DNA of 64,000 nucleotides from Sandaracinus sp. (lineage in GTDB: Bacteria > Myxococcota_A > Polyangia > Polyangiales > Sandaracinaceae): assembly GCA_046351235.1 (NCBI GenBank), contig JAXLYV010000014.1, positions 2,453 to 66,452 on the forward strand, written 5' to 3'. A model generated the notes under the pieces. It did not search any database. It was given only the letters and a program-made list of their open reading frames with translations, and was not told the origin of the DNA. The translations under genes were made by a program, and so were the position numbers. Shown piece after piece: positions 36,164 to 44,862 of this stretch (positions are counted from its first letter, which is position 1; each line of letters starts with the position of its first letter).

Positions 36164-37876
36164 ATGATGCGCTGGGGACTCCGCCTCGCGGTGCTCGCGC
36201 TCGGGCTCTGGCTGGGCGCGCCGCCTCTCGTGGCGCGCGCCCAGCTCGACGCGGGCGTCCAGCCCGCCCCGCCCGAGCACTCCGACCTGCAGTATCACCT
36301 CACGCAGCGCGTGCTCGAGGGCTCGGGCGCGTACGTCGGGTGGGGGGACACGCTCGTCTCGATCGGCGTCTACACGCTCGACGGCGCGACGGTGCACGCT
36401 CGCTACGACTGGGAGTACGGATCTCCCGAGCGCACCGACTCCAACGTCGTCAGGCGCGAGGTCGTCTTCGACGTCACCAGCCGCAACTACGTCGACGATC
36501 GCACCGACCTCGACGACTACGACGGCGAGCCGGGGCCGCTCGCCACCTGGCTCTGGATTCCACCCGATGTCCGGATCGGCGACCCGGTCCGCGTGCTCGA
36601 CGAGACCCTCCAGGTGCGCGCGCGCGAGCCCATCGTGGTGGCGGGCGCGACCCGCGAGTCGATTCACCTCCACGGGACGTCGACCGGTCACCGCGACGAC
36701 GCGTACGGCCAGTTCACCACGAGCGCGGTGGACGACTACTGGTTCGATGCCGCGACGGGCATGTTCTTGCGCGAGCACCGCGTCGAGCGAGACACCGGTC
36801 GCTTCTCGGGGGACGACGCGGGGTTCACGATGGACCTCCAGGTGGAGGTCGTCGACGCGAGCTACGCGCCCGCGGTGGGCGCGGTGCCTCCTGCGCCCAC
36901 GGTGCCGGAGTACGCGCCGCTCGCCGAGGAGAGCTCGGAGGGGCATCCGGGGGTCGTCTCGCTGCTCTGTCTCGGCGTGGTGCTGCTGATCGGCTACGGT
37001 CTCTGGCGACTCGTCCAGAATCCGTATCGGCGATCGGCGTACGCCGTGAGCCGGCTCGGCGCGAGCGAGCCGATCCCGCCCGTCGGTGAGCGCTTCTCGC
37101 CGGTGCTGGCGCCCTTTCTCCCTCACATGGCCGAGGTGGCGCGGCGCTCCGGGAGCGCGGTGCTCGTGGCGCGCCGGGGCAGCGAGGTCGTGGGCCTCGC
37201 GATCGACGACGCGGATGCGGGGATCCTCGCGGTGCACACCGAGCTCTCCGATGCAGCCGAAGATCTGCGACGCGAGTCGGGGCGCCTCGAGATCGTGAGC
37301 GAGTACCGATACCGCACGCTCGAGAGCGTGGCGCAGGCCTCACGCGCGACCGGCACGAAGGTCCCGGAACAGGCGTACAACCTCTACGAGACCTACGACC
37401 TGCTCTCGCTCACGCTCGCGCCCGACGACCAGCCGCAGGGCTACGACCCCGAGCTCGTTCGGCGCATGCGCCCCGAGGACGTCGAGGCGGCCTCGCGCGT
37501 GGCCGAGCGAGCGTACGGCGCGCGCTGCGATGCGTTCCTGAAGGCGAGCCTCGAGCTCGGAGACCTCGCGTTCGTCGCCGAAGAAGACGGTGAGATCTAC
37601 GGTCTCGCGATGGCGACGGTCGTCGGCACGCGCGCGCGCCTGCACTCGCTCATCGTCGATCCCGATGCGCGCCAGCGTGGCATCGGCAAGGAGCTCTATC
37701 GCGCGCGCCTGCGTGCCTGCGCCGATCTCGGCGTCGAGACGGTCGTCACCGAGGTCGCGCAGCAGAACCCCGCGGCGATGGACCTCGCCCTCCGCTTCGG
37801 CATGAAGAAGATCGACGAGATGTACGTGCAGTCGGCCCGGCAGGCGCGCGTCGAGATCGCGCCGGTTCATCGGTGA
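36164..37876 (+). CDS. Bitopic membrane protein: signal peptide, ~250-aa extracytoplasmic domain, one TM helix, cytoplasmic GNAT acetyltransferase domain
   Basis: Signal MMRWGLRLAVLALGLWLGAPPLVARA. TM helix VVSLLCLGVVLLIGYGLWRLV. GNAT acetyl-CoA motif LHSLIVDPDARQRGIGKELYRARL...GVETVVTEV. Confidence 0.75.
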   Translation: MMRWGLRLAVLALGLWLGAPPLVARAQLDAGVQPAPPEHSDLQYHLTQRVLEGSGAYVGWGDTLVSIGVYTLDGATVHARYDWEYGSPERTDSNVVRREVVFDVTSRNYVDDRTDLDDYDGEPGPLATWLWIPPDVRIGDPVRVLDETLQVRAREPIVVAGATRESIHLHGTSTGHRDDAYGQFTTSAVDDYWFDAATGMFLREHRVERDTGRFSGDDAGFTMDLQVEVVDASYAPAVGAVPPAPTVPEYAPLAEESSEGHPGVVSLLCLGVVLLIGYGLWRLVQNPYRRSAYAVSRLGASEPIPPVGERFSPVLAPFLPHMAEVARRSGSAVLVARRGSEVVGLAIDDADAGILAVHTELSDAAEDLRRESGRLEIVSEYRYRTLESVAQASRATGTKVPEQAYNLYETYDLLSLTLAPDDQPQGYDPELVRRMRPEDVEAASRVAERAYGARCDAFLKASLELGDLAFVAEEDGEIYGLAMATVVGTRARLHSLIVDPDARQRGIGKELYRARLRACADLGVETVVTEVAQQNPAAMDLALRFGMKKIDEMYVQSARQARVEIAPVHR

Positions 37877-38982
37877 GCGCCGTGCCGGCGTGGCTCGGCG
37901 AGCCCGAAGAGCTCGCGTGGTGCGCGGCCGAGCGCTCGCTCGGGGCGCTCGCCGAGCACGCGACGGCCGCGCGGGGTCGCGTGCTCGTCCCCGCTCGTCC
38001 CCACGACGAGGCGCGGCAGAGCGTGCGCTACGAGGGCAATCGCAGCGTCGTCGTTCCCGCGATCGGGGCGGACGTGGGCGGCCGGCGCTCGTTTCTCTCG
38101 GTGAAGGGCTGCGGCGCGGCGGCGCCGATGTACGGCACGGCGCCCTTCCGCACGGGTGCGCGCGGCTCGCGGGCGATCACGCGCGAGCGCTGGATGGGTG
38201 AGGCGCCCTTCGGCGGCCAGGGCGAGGAAGGCGCGCTCGCGGCGCTGGCGCTCTCGCGGCAGGCGCCGCGCGGTGTGCTCGAGGGTTTCCACTTCGCGCC
38301 CACGATCGAGGCGCTCGTGGTGCCGGAGGCGCGCGTCGAGGAGGCGCTCGCGTTCGCATCGCATCGCGGTCCCGTGGTGCAGGAGCACCGCCTCGTCCCG
38401 AGCGACGTGCGGCTCACCTCGCCGACCGGCCGCTCGCTCTTCGACACGCCCGACGCCGCGCTCGACGCCCTCGGCGTGCGCAGCGTCGACGATCTCGAGG
38501 CGTTCCTCGAGCGCTTCGTCGGGACCGCGCTCGCGGCCCTCACGCTCTTCGCGCGCACGATGCGTCGAGACGACGCGGGCGCCTGGGTGGGCCTCGACTA
38601 CGACGACGTCTGGCTGGACAAGGACGCCGTGCTCGCGCCCGACGGCGCGCTCGTGTTCGTGGATCTCGAGGCGCTCGAGTGGATGCCGGTGCATCCGAGC
38701 GTCGAAGCACGCGTGCGGCGCCAGGTCGGTCGGAACGCCTACGAGGTGCTCTTCGCGTGCGACGTGCTGCTCGAGGCGAGGGCGCGCCTGCGCGGCGCGA
38801 GCACGCACGCCGCGAGCAAGCGCGCGGTGCTCGCGGCGCTGGCCGAGATGGCGGTCGGCGGTGATCCGTGGGTCCGTATCGAGCGCGGCGAATCGGTCGC
38901 GCTCGTCGTGCGGACGCCGGTCGGTGAGCAGCGCGTGCGCTGGCTCGACGGGCTCTCGGGCCCGAGGGGAGAAGGCAGATGA
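37873..38982 (+). CDS. Hypothetical protein (369 aa), translationally coupled
   Basis: The GTG start overlaps the GNAT stop (GTGA at 37873-37876). GC3-rich frame. I can name no motif with confidence. Confidence 0.65.
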   Translation: MSAVPAWLGEPEELAWCAAERSLGALAEHATAARGRVLVPARPHDEARQSVRYEGNRSVVVPAIGADVGGRRSFLSVKGCGAAAPMYGTAPFRTGARGSRAITRERWMGEAPFGGQGEEGALAALALSRQAPRGVLEGFHFAPTIEALVVPEARVEEALAFASHRGPVVQEHRLVPSDVRLTSPTGRSLFDTPDAALDALGVRSVDDLEAFLERFVGTALAALTLFARTMRRDDAGAWVGLDYDDVWLDKDAVLAPDGALVFVDLEALEWMPVHPSVEARVRRQVGRNAYEVLFACDVLLEARARLRGASTHAASKRAVLAALAEMAVGGDPWVRIERGESVALVVRTPVGEQRVRWLDGLSGPRGEGR

Positions 38983-40466
38983 AGGTCAGCGAGGTCGAGC
39001 CGTTGCTCGCCGCGATCCATCGCGGTGACGAAGACGTCGAGGCGAGCTTCCCGATGATCGAAGCGCTCCTCGAGGGCGGCTTGCTCCGCGAGGCGCCCGA
39101 TCGGAGCGAAGAGGCCACCAAGCTCGCCGAGCTGCAGGCACGCCTGCGCGCGGCGACGAGCGAGGAGGCGCGCCGGGCCCTGCGCTCGGAGGTGCTCGCC
39201 CTGAGCGAGGCGCTGGCGAGCCACGGCTCGGGCGCGCTCGTCGCGATCCCTTCGTCGGACGCGGCGCCTTATCGAGGGTCGAGCGGCGGCAGCGGCAAGC
39301 GCCTCGTGCTCACGGCGCGCGGGCGCGCGATGCTGGCCGACCTCGCGCAGCGCCTGGAGCGAGGCGGCGCGATGGAGGTCGACGCGTTCGAGCACCACAT
39401 GGAGCTCTTGCGCACGACCCTCGAGGCGCGGGGCCGGAAGGCCCGCGCGATCGAGACGCTGCTCGCGCCGCAGGCGAACGATCCCTCGCCGGCCACCTGG
39501 CGCAGCGCGGCCATCGGCCTCTCGGTGCGCTCCGAGAGCCCGGAGCAGATCGCGCGCGTGATGCGCGAGATGGTGACGGCTGGCGGCGCGCGATGTGCGC
39601 CCTGGACTCCCTCGCAGCTCGTGGTCGCCGCCGAGGGCCTCTGCCTCGGCGCGCGCGACCTCGCGGCGCTCGACCCGGGGCTCGCGATCCGCATGCTCAT
39701 CGATCGACGCGACACGCTCGGCCGCACCGGCCTGCCGCCCGACGAGACGTTGCGCTCGTCGCTCGTGCTCGCGGCGATGGACCCCGCGTCCTCGCGCGAG
39801 GCCCTCGAGCGAGCGAAGCACGTCGCCGCCTCGGACCTCTCGATTCCTCTCGGCGCGGCGCTCGTCTGCGTCGCGACGGAATCTCTCTCCTCCGGCTCGC
39901 TGGCGATGCGAGTCTCCGCAGGCCGCGGCTGGCTCGACAACCTCACCTCCGACACGAAGGCCCTCACCGAGGCCCTCGTGCTCGGCCTCGCGACCGGCGC
40001 CGATCCTGCCGACGTGGCGCGCCGCATCCGCGGCCACCACCAGGAGCTGACGCGTTTCTCGCCCACGGCGACCTTGCCGAGCGCGGCGCTCTTGTCGTGG
40101 ATCGATGCACCGCTCGACGAGACGCTCGACGACCTGCGCCTCGCGGCGTCGATCGTGCGCGCGAACCGCCTCGGCTTCGAGACGGGCGAGACGACGGGGC
40201 ACGCGATCAAGCTCTTGCTGCTGTCGGCGATCCTCGCCGAGGGCGACGAGGGTGATCCCGAAGAGAAGCTCGCGCTGGGGCTGCGTCTGTCGCGCGGCGT
40301 CGCGACGCTCGAGACGGGCAGCATCGCGGCGATCGTCCCGATCCTCGCCGGCGCCGCCTCGGCGTACACCAAGCTGATGCTCGACGCGGCCACGCTGTGG
40401 GACGACTACGTGCGCACGCAGCGCGGCACGTACGCGTCGGGCGGCCACTATCACCACTACGGCTGA
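38979..40466 (+). CDS. Hypothetical, predicted helical protein (495 aa), translationally coupled
   Basis: The ATG overlaps the preceding stop (ATGA at 38979-38982). GC3-rich frame. The unusual C-terminus reads GGHYHHYG. Confidence 0.65.
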   Translation: MKVSEVEPLLAAIHRGDEDVEASFPMIEALLEGGLLREAPDRSEEATKLAELQARLRAATSEEARRALRSEVLALSEALASHGSGALVAIPSSDAAPYRGSSGGSGKRLVLTARGRAMLADLAQRLERGGAMEVDAFEHHMELLRTTLEARGRKARAIETLLAPQANDPSPATWRSAAIGLSVRSESPEQIARVMREMVTAGGARCAPWTPSQLVVAAEGLCLGARDLAALDPGLAIRMLIDRRDTLGRTGLPPDETLRSSLVLAAMDPASSREALERAKHVAASDLSIPLGAALVCVATESLSSGSLAMRVSAGRGWLDNLTSDTKALTEALVLGLATGADPADVARRIRGHHQELTRFSPTATLPSAALLSWIDAPLDETLDDLRLAASIVRANRLGFETGETTGHAIKLLLLSAILAEGDEGDPEEKLALGLRLSRGVATLETGSIAAIVPILAGAASAYTKLMLDAATLWDDYVRTQRGTYASGGHYHHYG

Positions 40467-40475
40467 CGCAGCTCG

Positions 40476-40508
40476 TCGGGCCGGCGACGCGCTGCGTCGC
40501 GAGCCCGA
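40476..40508 (+). terminator. GC-rich compound hairpin after the 495-aa gene
   Basis: TCGGGC-cgg-CGACGC-gct-GCGTCG-cga-GCCCGA has 6+6 bp of perfect pairing with a small internal loop. It starts 10 nt after the stop. There is no U-tract. Confidence 0.35.
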
Positions 40509-40578
40509 TGGAACAGGCAGGAAACTCGCGGCGGTCGCCACGCGTATCTTTACAGCGAAGGGTCGGTTGTTATAGTCG

Positions 40579-40595
40579 TGGCACGTAGGCTGCTT
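40579..40595 (+). promoter_or_regulatory. Sigma-54 (-24/-12) type promoter
   Basis: TGGCACGtaggCTGCTT compared with the consensus TGGCACG-N4-TTGCW. The GG and GC dinucleotides are at the exact canonical spacing. The site lies in a locally AT-richer intergenic stretch, 47 nt upstream of the ATG at 40642. Confidence 0.55.
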
Positions 40596-40641
40596 CTCGA
40601 ACGAGCAGCAAGTCGGCCTGGGCCCGAAAGGAGACATCGAC

Positions 40642-40803
40642 ATGCTGCCTCCCTTCATCATCGAGAAGATCCGCCGCCGCGAGGAAGACGAGGCTCGCCG
40701 CGAGCAGCGGCCCATGGTCGAGATCCCCATGCCGCCGCCTCGGCCGCGCGAGGCCGAGAGCGAAGAAGCGCATCGCGGCGTGGTCGTGATCGACCTCGGC
40801 TGA
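40642..40803 (+). CDS. Small ORF (53 aa) not in the supplied track
   Basis: SD AAAGGAG at 40627-40633, 8 nt before the ATG. My translation is MLPPFIIEKIRRREEDEARREQRPMVEIPMPPPRPREAESEEAHRGVVVIDLG*. Third positions are mostly G/C. Confidence 0.55.
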   Translation: MLPPFIIEKIRRREEDEARREQRPMVEIPMPPPRPREAESEEAHRGVVVIDLG

Positions 40804-40909
40804 GCCGCGTTGCTGGCGCTCGGCGCCAGAAATCGGACGCTGCTCCGCCCGGCCACCGGCGACGATCGCCGCGCTGCGACCTCTCCCCACACGACATGCG
40901 CGCCCGGGC

Positions 40910-42244
40910 GTGACGTCAAGGCGCGCATTTCTCGTTCGGGGCTATCATCCCTGCGTGCCGGCTCGCCGCGCTCTCGGACTGCTCGCCTACGTCCTCGCGG
41001 TCGCTGGTCTGCTCGACGCGTCCGCCGCCCGCGCGCAGGACGGCGACTTCGATCCCGACAACCGCGAATGGAATGGCCTCTCGGAGCTGCTCGGCGTCGC
41101 CGAGTCGAGCCTCTCGGCCCATCCCGTCGTCGCGCGCCAGCTCGATGCCTCGTCGCTCGGGCCGCACGACGCCGTGATCCTGCTGGCTCCGCTCGAGCGG
41201 CCGCTGGCCGAGCCGCTCGTGGCGTTGATGCGCGAGGGCGGGCGCGTCGTCGTCGCCGACGACTACGGGGCGAGCGGCGCGATCCTCGACACGTTCCACA
41301 TCGAGCGGCGCGCGCCGCTGCCGGACGCGGACGCCCTGCGCCTGCGCGGCAACCCGCAGCTGCTCGTCGCGCATCCGGCGATGCAACATCCGCTCGCCGT
41401 CGGTGTCGACGCGCTCGTGACCAACCACCCGCAGGTCGTCGTGCACCACCCGACCGGCGACGGAGCGCCGCTGCCGCCGATCTTCGAGATCTCGCCGGGA
41501 GAGGCGGTCGTGCTCGCGGGCGCGGTGGGCGATGGCCCGGCCGAGCAGGGGCGGCTGGTCGTGCTCTCGGATCCGAGCGTTCTCATCAACAACATGCTCG
41601 AGATGCGCGGCAACCGGCGCTTCGCCGAGAACCTCGTCGCGTTCGTGGCGCGCCCGGACGGCCATCTGTTCATCGTGCCGCCCGATGGCGTCGTGGTCGG
41701 GCACTACGGCGGCTCCGCGCTCGAGGACCCGCTCACCGAGCTGCGATCGGCGCTCGCGGCGATCGACCGCGCGTCGCTCCCGCCCGAGGCATTGCGCGTC
41801 GCCGCTGCCTCGCTCGCCGCGATCCTGCTTCTCTTCGCCGTCGGCGTGCTCCCCAAGGGCTCCCCCTACGGCAGCGCCTCGTTCGCGACCCGCCCGGTCG
41901 CCGAGGGTGGCTTCGTCGGGCGGGTGGGGTGGTACTCGGCGCGACCGGGGGACCTCACCGAGCCCTTCCTCGTGTACAAGTTCGAGCTGGAGACGGAGCT
42001 CCATGCCCGTCTCGGGCTCTCGGGTCGGTCTTCGGTGATGGACGTGGTGGACGCGATGCAGAAGCGAGGGCTCTCGGGAGCCGAGATCGAGCGCGCGCGT
42101 GCGCTCTTGCTCGACCTCTCGCGCACGGCCGATCGGGCCGAGCGACAGGTGGGTGATCACCAGGTGCCGGAGGCGCGGCTCGCGGATCTGGTCGCGCGCG
42201 GCGACGCCCTGCTCGCGCGGGTCGGCGCTCGGGGGGCGGCGTGA
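40910..42244 (+). CDS. DUF4350-type exported protein (partner of the MoxR/DUF58 systems)
   Basis: N-terminal signal/TM LGLLAYVLAVAGLLDASAARA. LVVLSDPSVLINNMLEMRGNRRFAENLV is typical of DUF4350/GldG-like domains. C-terminal TM AAASLAAILLLFAVGVL. An alternative GTG start is at 40955. Confidence 0.75.
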   Translation: MTSRRAFLVRGYHPCVPARRALGLLAYVLAVAGLLDASAARAQDGDFDPDNREWNGLSELLGVAESSLSAHPVVARQLDASSLGPHDAVILLAPLERPLAEPLVALMREGGRVVVADDYGASGAILDTFHIERRAPLPDADALRLRGNPQLLVAHPAMQHPLAVGVDALVTNHPQVVVHHPTGDGAPLPPIFEISPGEAVVLAGAVGDGPAEQGRLVVLSDPSVLINNMLEMRGNRRFAENLVAFVARPDGHLFIVPPDGVVVGHYGGSALEDPLTELRSALAAIDRASLPPEALRVAAASLAAILLLFAVGVLPKGSPYGSASFATRPVAEGGFVGRVGWYSARPGDLTEPFLVYKFELETELHARLGLSGRSSVMDVVDAMQKRGLSGAEIERARALLLDLSRTADRAERQVGDHQVPEARLADLVARGDALLARVGARGAA

Positions 42245-43227
42245 GCGACGGGACGCTCCGCGAGGGCACGGGCCCCATCGAGCCGCACGAGCTGGCCGAG
42301 GTGTCGGCGCGCGCGAACGCCGTGATCGACGAGGTGCAGCGCGTCTACGTCGGCACGCGCCAGGTGCCCGAGCTCCTGCTCGTGACCTTGCTCGCCCGCG
42401 GCCATGCGCTGCTCGAGGGCGTGCCCGGCGTCGCGAAGACCACGCTCTGCAAGGCGTTCGCGGCCACGCTCGGATCGTCCTTCCGGCGCATCCAGTTCAC
42501 GCCGGACCTGCTGCCCGCCGACATCACGGGCACCTACGTGTTCTCGCCGAAGGAAGGCACGTTCACGCTCCGCGAGGGGCCGATCTTCACGAACGTCCTG
42601 CTCGGCGACGAGATCAACCGTGCGCCGGCCAAGACGCAGAGCGCGCTGCTCGAGGCGATGCAAGAGCACCAGGCCACGATCGAGGGCGACACGCGGCCGC
42701 TGCCGGCGCCCTTCATCGTGCTGGCGACGCAGAACCCCGTGGAGCAGGCGGGCACGTACCCGCTTCCCGAGGCGCAGATCGATCGCTTCCTCGTGCGCAT
42801 CATGATCGGCTACCCGGCGGCGCGCGACGAGAAGACCGTGCTGCGCCGCTTCCTCGAGGGCAGCCCGGAGGCGCGCCGCGTGCTCGACGCCGCGCAGGTG
42901 CGGCATCTGCAGGCGCTGGTGGGGCGCGTGCACGTCGAGGAGGAGATCCTCGACTACGTCGTGCGCCTCGCGACGTACACGCGGCAGCAAGCGCGCGTGC
43001 TCCTCGGCGTCTCGCCGCGCGCCTCGCTGGCGCTCGTGTCCGCGGCGCGCGCGCGAGCGTTGATCGCGGGCCGCCCCTTCGTGTTGCCCGACGACGTGAA
43101 GGCGCTCGCCGCGCCCGTGCTCGCGCATCGTCTCGTGCTCACGCCGGAGGCCGAGATGGAGGGCACGAGCCGCCAGGATCTGGTGCAGAAGGCGCTCGCC
43201 GAGGTCCCGCACCGGCGCGAGGCCTGA
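42241..43227 (+). CDS. MoxR-family AAA+ ATPase
   Basis: Walker A: LLEGVPGVAKTTL. Also FRRIQFTPDLLPADITG, VLLGDEINRAPAKTQSALLEAMQE, FIVLATQNP.E..GTYPLPEAQIDRF. The GTG start overlaps the upstream stop. Confidence 0.9.
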   Translation: MSDGTLREGTGPIEPHELAEVSARANAVIDEVQRVYVGTRQVPELLLVTLLARGHALLEGVPGVAKTTLCKAFAATLGSSFRRIQFTPDLLPADITGTYVFSPKEGTFTLREGPIFTNVLLGDEINRAPAKTQSALLEAMQEHQATIEGDTRPLPAPFIVLATQNPVEQAGTYPLPEAQIDRFLVRIMIGYPAARDEKTVLRRFLEGSPEARRVLDAAQVRHLQALVGRVHVEEEILDYVVRLATYTRQQARVLLGVSPRASLALVSAARARALIAGRPFVLPDDVKALAAPVLAHRLVLTPEAEMEGTSRQDLVQKALAEVPHRREA

Positions 43228-43233
43228 CGCGTC

Positions 43234-44862
43234 GTGCTGCCGATCCCCACGCGCACCGCGCTCGCTCTCGCGCTCGCCTCGGCGATCGCGATGGTCGTGG
43301 GCGCGCTCCTCGCGTCGGCGGTCGCGGTGCTGGTGGGGAGCTCGATCGCGCTGGTGCTGGCCGTCGCGCTCATGCTCACGATGCCGCTCGGGCGCCGCGT
43401 GCGGCGCGAGCGTCTCGAGTTCGCGTGGTGGCTCGCGCACGGCGATCCGGGCGCGGGCGGCGGCGCGGTCGTCCCGCGGACACCCTTCGAGGTGCGCTGC
43501 TTCGTGCGTCATCGCGGCGACGATCGGCTCCTCCTGACGAACGTCGAGCCGATCATCCCGGGCGGCGCCACGATGGCCGACGACGAGCCGCTCGCGATGG
43601 AGGTCTCGCCGGGCGCGCGCGCCGAGCTCTCGTTCCGGCTGGTGGCGCACGCGGCGGGGCGCGTCGTGCTGCACGGGCTCGCGGTGACGCTCTCGGGGCC
43701 GCTCGGTCTCTTCGAGGTGCCGCTCTACTTCCCGAACCCGCTCGTGATCAAGGTGCTCCCGCAGGCGGCGGCGCGCGTCCCGCGGGCGGCGCGCGCGCAG
43801 ACCGGCGTCACCGTGGAGCGCAGCGGCGCGAGCCTGGTCGCGAGCGGCGGCGGCACCGAGCTCAAGGAGATCCGCGACATGGTGCCGGGCGACGCGTTCA
43901 AGCAGATCGCCTGGAAGGCGAGCGCGCGCCGCGGGCGGCTGCTCGTGCGCGAGGTGGAGCAGGAGGTCGAAGAGACGCGCTACGTGGTGCTCGACGTGAG
44001 CGGCACGATGCGCGGCGGCGCGCTCGGCGCGCGCAAGCTCGACCACGCGATCGAGGCGATCGCGGCGCACGCGCGGCGCGGCCTGGCCGCCGGCGATCAA
44101 GTCGGCCTCGTCACCGTGGACGGCCGCGTGCTCGCGCACGTGCCGGCCCACGACGGGGCGGCGCAGCTCCTGCGCATCTTCGAGGCGCTGCTCGCCGCGA
44201 CCGAGGTCGTGGACGAGGACCTGACCGACGCCGACGAGCTCGACGTGATCGGCGTCGTCGGCCGCTACCTGCGCCAGCAGGACGGCATCGACTTCGTCCT
44301 GAACCGCACCGAGTGGAACGTGCCGCTCATGCTCCGGCACGTGCAGAAGGCGCTCGCGCAGACGGAAGCGGCCGATCCCGCGAAGGTGACGCCCGTCGTG
44401 GCCTCCACGCCGGCGAGCGCGCTCTTGCGGCGCTTCTGCAAGACGCGCGGCATCCCGCTCCCGTACCGCGCCGATCCGCGCGATGGCGCGAAGGCGCCGG
44501 GCCTCGCGGCAGCGCTGCGCGAGATCGGCGCGCGCACGAAGGGCCCGAGCACGATCGGCATCGTCACCGACCTCGATGGCGTGGGCGACCCGACGCCGCT
44601 CGTGAGCGCCATCCGCCTGCTGCGCACGCACGGCCACACCGTCACGATGCTCGTGCCCGACGCGCCGAGCTTCGCACCGCCGCCGAGCTCGACCGCCGAG
44701 CGCCTCGTCTTCGACGTCTACGCGCGGGGCGAGCGGCGGCGCGTCGCCGACATGCGCACGTTGCTCGGCGCGCTCGGTGCGCGCGTCCTCCCGATCCGCG
44801 CGAGCGATCCGGCCGCCACGGCCCTCGCGCCGCTCGAGCGCGGAGCCCGGCGCGCGGCATGA
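43234..44862 (+). CDS. DUF58 / vWA-like protein with N-terminal TM segments
   Basis: DUF58 signature: ELKEIRDMVPGDAFKQIAWKASARRGRLLVREVEQE. vWA-like MIDAS start: VVLDVSGTM. Confidence 0.85.
   Translation: MLPIPTRTALALALASAIAMVVGALLASAVAVLVGSSIALVLAVALMLTMPLGRRVRRERLEFAWWLAHGDPGAGGGAVVPRTPFEVRCFVRHRGDDRLLLTNVEPIIPGGATMADDEPLAMEVSPGARAELSFRLVAHAAGRVVLHGLAVTLSGPLGLFEVPLYFPNPLVIKVLPQAAARVPRAARAQTGVTVERSGASLVASGGGTELKEIRDMVPGDAFKQIAWKASARRGRLLVREVEQEVEETRYVVLDVSGTMRGGALGARKLDHAIEAIAAHARRGLAAGDQVGLVTVDGRVLAHVPAHDGAAQLLRIFEALLAATEVVDEDLTDADELDVIGVVGRYLRQQDGIDFVLNRTEWNVPLMLRHVQKALAQTEAADPAKVTPVVASTPASALLRRFCKTRGIPLPYRADPRDGAKAPGLAAALREIGARTKGPSTIGIVTDLDGVGDPTPLVSAIRLLRTHGHTVTMLVPDAPSFAPPPSSTAERLVFDVYARGERRRVADMRTLLGALGARVLPIRASDPAATALAPLERGARRAA

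Noticed and set aside
37873-38982. Possible protein-kinase-like or ATP-grasp-like fold for the 369-aa protein (segments SVKGCGA, VFVDLEALEW).
   Set aside because: I could not line up a complete motif set (no clear P-loop/VAIK, HRD or DFG equivalents). The idea rests on two short strings only.
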